The position numbers and the translations under genes are program-made. Below are positions 44,554-54,320 of a DNA stretch of 64,000 bases, one piece after another; within the stretch, counting starts at the first letter, position 1; the number at the start of each line of letters is the position of its first letter. The DNA is from Escherichia coli (GTDB taxonomy: Bacteria > Pseudomonadota > Gammaproteobacteria > Enterobacterales > Enterobacteriaceae). Under the pieces are notes generated by a model. The model saw only the letters and a program-made list of their open reading frames with translations, was not told the DNA's origin and ran no database searches. The stretch is taken from the NCBI RefSeq assembly GCF_003334305.1, contig NZ_QOWS01000014.1; one strand, given 5' to 3'.

Positions 44554-46794
44554 ATGAACAAGAAGATTCATTCCCTGGCCTTGTTGGTCAATCTGGGGAT
44601 TTATGGGGTAGCGCAGGCACAAGAGCCGACCGATACTCCTGTTTCACATGACGATACTATTGTCGTTACCGCCGCCGAGCAGAACTTGCAGGCACCTGGC
44701 GTTTCGACCATCACCGCAGATGAAATCCGCAAAAACCCAGTTGCCCGCGATGTGTCGGAGATCATCCGTACCATGCCAGGCGTTAACCTGACCGGTAACT
44801 CCACCAGTGGTCAGCGTGGTAATAACCGCCAGATTGATATTCGCGGCATGGGTCCGGAAAACACGCTGATTTTGATTGACGGCAAGCCAGTAAGCAGCCG
44901 TAATTCGGTGCGTCAGGGCTGGCGTGGTGAGCGCGATACCCGTGGTGATACCTCCTGGGTGCCACCTGAAATGATTGAACGTATTGAAGTTCTGCGTGGT
45001 CCGGCAGCTGCGCGTTATGGCAACGGCGCGGCGGGCGGCGTGGTTAACATCATTACCAAAAAAGGCAGTGGTGAGTGGCACGGCTCCTGGGATGCTTATT
45101 TCAATGCGCCAGAACATAAAGAGGAAGGTGCCACCAAACGTACCAACTTCAGCCTGACCGGTCCGCTGGGCGACGAATTCAGCTTCCGCTTGTATGGCAA
45201 CCTCGACAAAACCCAGGCTGACGCGTGGGATATCAACCAGGGCCATCAGTCCGCGCGTGCCGGAACGTATGCCACGACGTTACCAGCCGGGCGCGAAGGG
45301 GTGATCAACAAAGATATTAATGGCGTGGTGCGCTGGGACTTCGCGCCTCTGCAATCACTCGAACTGGAAGCGGGTTACAGCCGCCAGGGTAACCTGTATG
45401 CGGGCGATACCCAGAACACCAACTCTGACGCTTACACTCGCTCGAAATATGGCGATGAAACCAACCGCCTGTATCGCCAGAACTACTCGCTGACCTGGAA
45501 CGGTGGCTGGGATAACGGCGTGACCACCAGCAACTGGGTGCAGTACGAACACACCCGTAACTCGCGTATTCCGGAAGGTCTGGCGGGCGGTACCGAAGGG
45601 AAATTTAACGAAAAAGCGACACAGGATTTCGTCGATATCGATCTTGATGACGTGATGCTGCACAGCGAAGTTAACCTGCCGATTGATTTCCTCGTTAACC
45701 AGACGCTGACGCTGGGTACGGAGTGGAATCAGCAACGGATGAAGGACTTGAGTTCCAATACCCAGGCGCTGACCGGGGCGAACACCGGCGGCGCTATTGA
45801 TGGTGTGAGTGCCACCGACCGTAGCCCGTATTCAAAAGCAGAAATTTTCTCGCTGTTTGCCGAAAACAACATGGAGCTGACTGACAGCACCATCGTAACG
45901 CCGGGGCTGCGTTTCGATCATCACAGTATTGTCGGCAATAACTGGAGCCCGGCGCTGAACATATCGCAAGGTTTAGGCGATGACTTCACGCTCAAAATGG
46001 GCATTGCCCGTGCTTATAAAGCACCGAGCCTGTACCAGACTAACCCGAACTACATTCTCTACAGTAAAGGTCAGGGTTGCTATGCCAGCGCGGGCGGCTG
46101 CTATCTGCAAGGTAACGATGACCTGAAAGCAGAAACCAGCATCAACAAAGAGATTGGTCTGGAGTTCAAACGCGACGGCTGGCTGGCGGGCGTCACCTGG
46201 TTCCGTAACGATTATCGCAATAAGATTGAAGCGGGCTATGTGGCTGTAGGGCAAAACGCAGTCGGCACCGATCTCTATCAGTGGGATAACGTGCCGAAAG
46301 CAGTGGTTGAAGGTCTGGAAGGATCGTTAAACGTACCAGTTAGCGAAACGGTGATGTGGACCAATAACATCACTTATATGCTGAAGAGTGAAAACAAAAC
46401 CACGGGCGACCGTTTGTCGATCATCCCGGAGTACACGTTGAACTCAACGCTGAGCTGGCAGGCGCGGGAAGATTTGTCGATGCAAACGACCTTCACCTGG
46501 TACGGTAAGCAGCAGCCGAAAAAATACAACTACAAAGGTCAGCCAGCGGTTGGCCCGGAAACCAAAGAAATCAGTCCTTACAGCATTGTGGGTCTGAGCG
46601 CGACCTGGGATGTGACGAAGAATGTCAGTCTGACCGGCGGCGTGGACAACCTGTTCGACAAACGTTTGTGGCGTGCGGGTAATGCCCAGACCACGGGCGA
46701 TCTGGCAGGGGCCAACTATATCGCGGGTGCCGGGGCGTATACCTATAACGAGCCGGGACGTACGTGGTACATGAGCGTAAACACTCACTTCTGA
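44554..46794 (+). CDS. fepA: TonB-dependent ferric enterobactin outer-membrane receptor FepA
   Basis: ORF 44494..46794; start trimmed to ATG at 44554 (MNKKIHSLALLVNLGIYGVAQA signal peptide, 746 aa); TonB box DTIVVTA; C-terminal F. Confidence 0.93.
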   Translation: MNKKIHSLALLVNLGIYGVAQAQEPTDTPVSHDDTIVVTAAEQNLQAPGVSTITADEIRKNPVARDVSEIIRTMPGVNLTGNSTSGQRGNNRQIDIRGMGPENTLILIDGKPVSSRNSVRQGWRGERDTRGDTSWVPPEMIERIEVLRGPAAARYGNGAAGGVVNIITKKGSGEWHGSWDAYFNAPEHKEEGATKRTNFSLTGPLGDEFSFRLYGNLDKTQADAWDINQGHQSARAGTYATTLPAGREGVINKDINGVVRWDFAPLQSLELEAGYSRQGNLYAGDTQNTNSDAYTRSKYGDETNRLYRQNYSLTWNGGWDNGVTTSNWVQYEHTRNSRIPEGLAGGTEGKFNEKATQDFVDIDLDDVMLHSEVNLPIDFLVNQTLTLGTEWNQQRMKDLSSNTQALTGANTGGAIDGVSATDRSPYSKAEIFSLFAENNMELTDSTIVTPGLRFDHHSIVGNNWSPALNISQGLGDDFTLKMGIARAYKAPSLYQTNPNYILYSKGQGCYASAGGCYLQGNDDLKAETSINKEIGLEFKRDGWLAGVTWFRNDYRNKIEAGYVAVGQNAVGTDLYQWDNVPKAVVEGLEGSLNVPVSETVMWTNNITYMLKSENKTTGDRLSIIPEYTLNSTLSWQAREDLSMQTTFTWYGKQQPKKYNYKGQPAVGPETKEISPYSIVGLSATWDVTKNVSLTGGVDNLFDKRLWRAGNAQTTGDLAGANYIAGAGAYTYNEPGRTWYMSVNTHF

Positions 46795-46833
46795 TGCTAA
46801 CGTCAGATTGTTGACAAAGTGCGCGTCGTTCAT

Positions 46834-46931
46834 GCCGGATGCGGCGTGAACGCCTTATCCGGCCTACAAAAATCTTGCCAATTCAATATATTGCAGGACC
46901 ATGTAGGCCTGATAAGCGTAGCGCATCAGGC
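46834..46931. repeat. BIME-like pair of inverted REP elements downstream of fepA
   Basis: gccggatgcggcgtgaacgccttatccggcctac (46834..46867) and inverted gtaggcctgataagcgtagcgcatcaggc (46893..46931). Confidence 0.8.
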
Positions 46932-46968
46932 AGTTTAGCGTTTGTCATCAGTCTCTAATATGGTCGAC

Positions 46969-47589
46969 ATGAAAACTACGCATACCTCCCTCCCCTTTGC
47001 CGGACATACGCTGCATTTTGTTGAGTTCGATCCGGCGAATTTTTGTGAGCAGGATTTACTCTGGCTGCCGCATTACGCGCAACTGCAACACGCTGGACGG
47101 AAGCGCAAAGCCGAACATTTAGCCGGGCGGATCGCTGCAATTTATGCGCTGCGGGAATATGGCTATAAATGTGTGCCCGCAATCGGCGAGCTACGCCAAC
47201 CGGTGTGGCCTGCGGAGGTATACGGCAGTATTAGCCACTGCGGGGCTACGGCATTGGCCGTGGTTTCCCGTCAACCGATTGGCGTTGATATCGAAGAAAT
47301 TTTTTCTGCGCAAACAGCGACCGAATTGACAGACAACATTATTACACCAGCAGAACACGAGCGACTCGCAGACTGCGGTTTAGCCTTTTCTCTGGCGCTG
47401 ACACTGGCATTTTCCGCCAAAGAGAGCGCATTTAAGGCAAGTGAGATCCAAACTGATGCAGGTTTTCTGGACTATCAGATAATTAGCTGGAATAAACAGC
47501 AGGTCATCATTCATCGTGAGAATGAGATGTTTGCTGTGCACTGGCAGATAAAAGAAAAAATAGTCATAACTCTGTGCCAACACGATTAA
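46969..47589 (+). CDS. entD: 4'-phosphopantetheinyl transferase EntD
   Basis: ORF 46942..47589 (track start is TTG); start placed at the ATG giving MKTTHTSLPFAGHTLHFVEF; an in-frame ATG 9 bp upstream (MVDMKTT) is an alternative. Confidence 0.85.
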   Translation: MKTTHTSLPFAGHTLHFVEFDPANFCEQDLLWLPHYAQLQHAGRKRKAEHLAGRIAAIYALREYGYKCVPAIGELRQPVWPAEVYGSISHCGATALAVVSRQPIGVDIEEIFSAQTATELTDNIITPAEHERLADCGLAFSLALTLAFSAKESAFKASEIQTDAGFLDYQIISWNKQQVIIHRENEMFAVHWQIKEKIVITLCQHD

Positions 47590-47710
47590 TTGACAACATC
47601 TGGTACGATTCGCCCGCAGCCATCACTGACCGCGGGCGAAAGTGTAAAGCAGGTGCCTTACCACTCTGACCTGACAACCGGATATGCGGGGATTGCTCCC
47701 CGCACAACGG

Positions 47711-47863
47711 CTACTTCTTCGGTTCGTAAGCGAGAACAGCCTTAAACTCAATATTACGTTCCTTTACGGTGAACTCACACAGCGAGTCTCCGACCAGAAG
47801 CGTAAATCCCAGTACCGTCAAACACAGCACTATGACTGCCACAAGGGCATATTTCGTCAGCAT
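47711..47863 (-). CDS. hokE: Hok-family type I toxin (copy 1)
   Basis: 50-aa [50 protein letters not shown]; the frame is open a further 33 codons upstream to an ATG at 47962 (MKPQEIF...). Confidence 0.85.
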   Translation of the reverse strand: MLTKYALVAVIVLCLTVLGFTLLVGDSLCEFTVKERNIEFKAVLAYEPKK

Positions 47864-47939
47864 GTTTATATTGCCTCCATGCGAAGAAGGGACTACCATC
47901 CGAGTTGTTGAGGCTCGGAGTGGCAGCCCCAGGATTGAT

Positions 47940-48010
47940 AGAAATATCTCCTGGGGCTTCATCTTTCCAGACCTCAGAGTTAACCTGAAACCGGAAAGCT
48001 TCAGGCACCC
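47940..48010 (+). ncRNA. candidate Sok-like antisense RNA, copy 1 (position inferred)
   Basis: placed antisense to the mok-like start/RBS region by analogy with hok/sok architecture; stem-loop cctgaaaccggaaagcttcagg on this strand; no promoter verified. Confidence 0.25.
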
Positions 48011-48213
48011 GCCGTTATCTTACCCTTCCTCAACAAAATAGCTGTTTATTTATACAGTGAATCCTGTTTCGGACTTCTGTCGGCAAAACTCATCATTGCT
48101 CTTAAAACGAAATCGCCCGCAGCCATCACTGACCGCGGGCGAAAGTGTAAAGCAGGTGCCTTACCATCCTGACCTGACAACCGGATATGCGGGGATTGCT
48201 CCCCGCACAACGG

Positions 48214-48366
48214 CTACTTCTTCGGTTCGTAAGCGAGAACAACCTTAAACTCAATATTACGTTCCTTTACGGTGAACTCACACAGCGAATCCCCGACCAG
48301 AAGCGTAAATCCCAGCACCGTTAAACACAGCACTATGACTGCCGCAAGGGCATATTTCGTCAGCAT
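48214..48366 (-). CDS. Hok-family type I toxin (copy 2)
   Basis: 50-aa [50 protein letters not shown]; 2 aa substitutions relative to copy 1 (V8A, A42V). Confidence 0.85.
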   Translation of the reverse strand: MLTKYALAAVIVLCLTVLGFTLLVGDSLCEFTVKERNIEFKVVLAYEPKK

Positions 48367-48466
48367 GTTTATATTGCCTCCATGCGAAGAAGGGACTACC
48401 ATCCAAATTGTTCAGGTTTGGGTAGGTAGCCCCAGGGTTGATAGAAATATCGTCCTGGGGCTTCAT
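48278..48466 (-). CDS. mok-like overlapping leader ORF (copy 2), out of frame with hok
   Basis: 62-codon ORF starting MKPQDD at the position homologous to the copy-1 MKPQ start, ending inside hok in another frame, as in the canonical mok/hok arrangement. Confidence 0.3.
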   Translation of the reverse strand: MKPQDDISINPGATYPNLNNLDGSPFFAWRQYKHADEICPCGSHSAVFNGAGIYASGRGFAV

Positions 48467-48514
48467 CTTTCCAGACCTCAGAGTAAACCTGAAACCGGAA
48501 AGCTTCAGGCACCC
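48444..48514 (+). ncRNA. candidate Sok-like antisense RNA, copy 2 (position inferred)
   Basis: homologous position to the copy-1 candidate. Confidence 0.2.
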
Positions 48515-48798
48515 GCAGTTATCTTACCCTTGCTTAGCAAAATAGCTGTTTATTTATACAGTAAGTCCTGTTTCGGACTTCTCACTCCCCATTTGATCAA
48601 CTGAAGCTGAACCCGTTTTTTTCTGCATGCCTCAATCGTCAAAATTCTTCGCCACCAGCCAGCCGTGCCATAACTTGTCACATTGCAAAAGTAGCCAAAT
48701 TGCTTCAGTCACCATCACCAAAAAAAGAAACATTCCAGAACTTCCGCATCTCGCCCAGCCGCTCCGACTTCTATACTGAATAGAAAACGCCAACTTAA

Positions 48799-49926
<1,128 letters not shown>

Positions 49927-49991
49927 GTAGGGAATTGCCTTACAGAAGAATATCCCTGACAATGGTGTTTTAACTTACATTTAACAATGTT

Positions 49992-50240
49992 ATGAAACAC
50001 CCTTTAGAAACCTTGACTACCGCAGCAGGCATTTTGCTGATGGCTTTCCTCTCTTGCCTGCTGCTGCCCGCCCCCGCACTGGGGCTGACGCTGGCACAAA
50101 AACTGGTGACCATGTTCCATCTGATGGATCTTAGCCAGCTTTACACTTTATTGTTTTGTCTGTGGTTTTTAGTGCTGGGCGCTATTGAGTATTTTGTTCT
50201 GCGCTTTATCTGGCGACGCTGGTTCTCGCTGGCGGATTAA
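49992..50240 (+). CDS. ybdJ: small inner-membrane protein YbdJ
   Basis: 82-aa ORF with two hydrophobic segments, [25 protein letters not shown]. Confidence 0.8.
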   Translation: MKHPLETLTTAAGILLMAFLSCLLLPAPALGLTLAQKLVTMFHLMDLSQLYTLLFCLWFLVLGAIEYFVLRFIWRRWFSLAD

Positions 50241-50304
50241 ACGTCGATTATCGCCGTACTTCGCGGCATACTTTGCTTATTCTCCTTCGCCTAAAGGAAC
50301 GTTT

Positions 50305-50673
50305 ATGGATAAGCAATCACTGCACGAAACGGCGAAACGCCTGGCCCTTGAGTTACACTTTGTCGAGCTTTGCTGGCCTTTTGGCCCGGAGTTCGATGTT
50401 TTTAAAATTGGCGGCAAAATTTTTATGCTGTCGTCGAAGCTGCGCGGCGTCCCCTTTATCAATCTGAAGTCCGATCCACAAAAATCCCTGTTAAATCAGC
50501 AGATATACCCGAGCATTAAGCCAGGGTATCACATGAATAAAAAGCACTGGATTTCGGTGTATCCCGGCGAGGAAATCTCCGAAGCGTTACTTCGCGATCT
50601 GATCAACGATTCGTGGAATCTGGTGGTTGATGGTCTGGCTAAACGCGATCAAAAAAGAGTGCGTCCAGGCTAA
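50305..50673 (+). CDS. ybdF: uncharacterised protein YbdF (DUF419 family)
   Basis: ORF 50185..50673; start trimmed to ATG at 50305 with AAAGGAA RBS ([21 protein letters not shown], 122 aa). Confidence 0.85.
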   Translation: MDKQSLHETAKRLALELHFVELCWPFGPEFDVFKIGGKIFMLSSKLRGVPFINLKSDPQKSLLNQQIYPSIKPGYHMNKKHWISVYPGEEISEALLRDLINDSWNLVVDGLAKRDQKRVRPG

Positions 50674-50766
50674 AGCGGAAATCTATAGCGCATTTTTCTC
50701 GCTTACCATTTCTCGTTGAACCTTGTAATCTGCTGGCACGCAAAATTACTTTCACATGGAGTCTTT

Positions 50767-51420
50767 ATGGATATCATTTCTGTCGCCTTAAAGCGTCATT
50801 CCACTAAGGCATTTGATGCCAGTAAAAAACTTACCCCGGAACAGGCCGAGCAGATCAAAACTCTCCTGCAATACAGCCCATCCAGCACCAACTCCTAGCC
50901 GTGGCATTTTATTGTTGCCAGCACGGAAGAAGGTAAAGCGCGTGTTGCCAAATCCGCTGCCGGTAATTATGTGTTCAACGAACGTAAAATACTTGATGCC
51001 TCGCACGTCGTGGTGTTCTGTGCAAAAACCGCGATGGACGATGCCTGGCTGAAGCTGGTTGTTGACCAGGAAGATGCTGATGGCCGCTTTGCCACGCCGG
51101 AAGCGAAAGCCGCGAACGATAAAGGTCGCAAGTTCTTCGCTGATATGCACCGTAAAGATCTGCATGATGATGCAGAGTGGATGGCAAAACAGGTTTATCT
51201 CAACGTCGGTAACTTCCTGCTCGGCGTGGCGGCGCTGGGTCTGGACGCGGTACCCATCGAAGGTTTTGACGCCGCCATCCTCGATGCAGAATTTGGTCTG
51301 AAAGAGAAAGGCTACACCAGTCTGGTGGTTGTTCCGGTAGGTCATCACAGCGTTGAAGATTTTAACGCTACGCTGCCGAAATCACGTCTGCCGCAAAACA
51401 TCACCTTAACCGAAGTGTAA
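50767..51420 (+). pseudogene. nfsB: oxygen-insensitive NAD(P)H nitroreductase NfsB with in-frame amber codon at codon 44
   Basis: a 218-codon frame otherwise colinear with NfsB ([43 protein letters not shown] - TAG - [16 protein letters not shown]...NITLTEV); TAG at 50896..50898 where Gln (CAG) is expected. Confidence 0.85.
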
Positions 51421-51479
51421 TGCTCTCTTGCCGGGCATCTGCCCGGCTATTTCCCCTCAGATTCTCCTGATTTGCATAA

Positions 51480-52775
<1,296 letters not shown>

Positions 52776-52811
52776 TTAAAAAAACCGCTCTCATCGAATG
52801 GATGAGAGCGG
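52776..52811. terminator. bidirectional rho-independent terminator between ybdG and pheP
   Basis: perfect stem ccgctctcatc/gatgagagcgg flanked by an A-run (a T-run on the minus strand, so strongest for pheP) and a weaker T-tract on the plus side. Confidence 0.7.
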
Positions 52812-52842
52812 ACATCGTTTTGTCGGATGTAGCGTGAATGCC

Positions 52843-54219
52843 TTATTTCCGACGCAGCGTTTTAAATGCCACAAACAGGAATACAATCCACACCGGCAGC
52901 AGGATCGCTGACAAGCGCATATCATCCATCGTGCACATCAGCAGCAAAATCATGCCGAGGAAGGCAATGCAAAGATAGTTGCCGAACGGATAGAGCAGCG
53001 CCTTAAACTGTGTTTCACGCCCCTGACGTCGCATCGCTGCACGAAAACGCAGATGCGCCAGGCAGATCATAATCCAGTTCAACAGCAGCGTTGCTACCAC
53101 CAGCGCCATCAGCAGACCAAACGCTTTTTGCGGCAGCAGATAGTTGATTAATACCACCAGCGAAGTGATCGCTCCGGAAAGCATCAGCGAATTAATCGGC
53201 ACACCGCGACGGCTGACGCGAGTCAAAAACTTCGGCGCATTACCCTGCACAGAAAGGCCAAACAGCATGCGGCTGTTAGAGTAAACCCCGCTGTTATACA
53301 CTGACAGCGATGCTACCAGAATGACGAAGTTCAGCGCAGAAGCTACCACGTTGCTGTCGAGATTATGGAAAATCATCACAAACGGGCTACTGTTGGATTT
53401 CACTTCCACCCACGGATAGAGCGCCAGTAAAACCACCAGTGAGCCGATGTAAAACAGCAGGATGCGATACACCACCTGATTTACCGCTTTTGGAATGCTT
53501 TTTTCCGGATCGCGCGCTTCAGCGGCAGTAATCCCAATCAGCTCCAGACCGCCGAAGGAGAACATAATTACCGCCAGCGACAAAATCAGCCCATTCCAGC
53601 CGGTGGCAAAGAAACCACCGTAGCGCCAGAGGTTGTCGATACTGGCTTTCTCGCCGCCGTGACCAGAAAACAGCAGCCACAGGCCAAAGCCGATCATACC
53701 GATGATCGCCAGCACTTTAATCAGCGCAAACCAGAACTCGGTTTCACCATATAAGCGCACGTTCACCAGGTTAACGGCGTTGATGATAATAAAGAAGGCG
53801 GCAGCCCAAATCCACGTTGGAACATCCGGGAACCAGTACTGCATATAGATGCCCGCAGCGGTCAGCTCTGCCATTCCCACCAGCACGAACATTACCCAGT
53901 AGTTCCAGCCAGAGAGGAAGCCCGCAAACGGTCCCCAGTATTTATAGGCAAAGTGGGCAAATGAACCGGATACCGGCTCTTCGACCACCATCTCGCCAAG
54001 CTGGCGCATAATCAGGAAAGCGATGATCCCGGCGACGCCGTAGCCCAGCAATACAGCCGGACCCGCCATCTGAATCGCCGGGCCAATGCCAAGAAACAGA
54101 CCAGTACCAATTGCGCCACCCAGCGCAATCAGTTGAATATGACGGTTATGTAATCCGCGATGAAGCGTCGGCTCTTGATTCGACGCAGTATCTTCCGATA
54201 CGGTTGACGCGTTTTTCAC
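52843..54219 (-). CDS. pheP: phenylalanine-specific permease PheP (APC family)
   Basis: ORF 52843..54255; start placed at the GTG giving (M)KNASTVSEDTASNQEPTLHRGL (458 aa) with AGGGGAAAGG RBS. Confidence 0.9.
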   Translation of the reverse strand: MKNASTVSEDTASNQEPTLHRGLHNRHIQLIALGGAIGTGLFLGIGPAIQMAGPAVLLGYGVAGIIAFLIMRQLGEMVVEEPVSGSFAHFAYKYWGPFAGFLSGWNYWVMFVLVGMAELTAAGIYMQYWFPDVPTWIWAAAFFIIINAVNLVNVRLYGETEFWFALIKVLAIIGMIGFGLWLLFSGHGGEKASIDNLWRYGGFFATGWNGLILSLAVIMFSFGGLELIGITAAEARDPEKSIPKAVNQVVYRILLFYIGSLVVLLALYPWVEVKSNSSPFVMIFHNLDSNVVASALNFVILVASLSVYNSGVYSNSRMLFGLSVQGNAPKFLTRVSRRGVPINSLMLSGAITSLVVLINYLLPQKAFGLLMALVVATLLLNWIMICLAHLRFRAAMRRQGRETQFKALLYPFGNYLCIAFLGMILLLMCTMDDMRLSAILLPVWIVFLFVAFKTLRRK

Positions 54220-54320
54220 GCCTTTCCCCTGTGTGTCTTTTTTGTTGAGGGGCACCTTTTAACATTTAGTGCCCATCGTCGCAAGACACAATCCACACGG
54301 TTAAACGGGGTATCCTGCTT

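Larger units (their letters stand above)
47611..48078. repeat. hok/sok-type locus, tandem copy 1 (~468 bp unit)
   Basis: 47611..48078 aligns with 48114..48582 over its full length at roughly 90-95% identity by eye, with a 1-nt indel; each unit starts with the hairpin tcgcccgcagccatcactgaccgcgggcga. Confidence 0.85.
48114..48582. repeat. hok/sok-type locus, tandem copy 2
   Basis: see copy 1; 35-bp unique spacer (48079..48113) between the units. Confidence 0.85.

Noticed and set aside
47711-47962. 83-aa ORF as an independent gene
   Set aside because: Its C-terminal 50 codons are Hok; it is better read as hok plus an in-frame leader (mok-like) ORF than as a new protein, although the fusion is noted as a finding.
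47590-48620. Possible CRISPR array or IS element, given the direct repeats
   Set aside because: Only two long (~468 bp) units, each containing a hok gene; no short repeat-spacer periodicity, no cas genes, no transposase ORF and no terminal inverted repeats.
50716-50898. 60-aa ORF that looks like a separate small gene
   Set aside because: It is the N-terminal part of nfsB, truncated by the amber codon at 50896..50898; the upstream 17 codons are a spurious extension.
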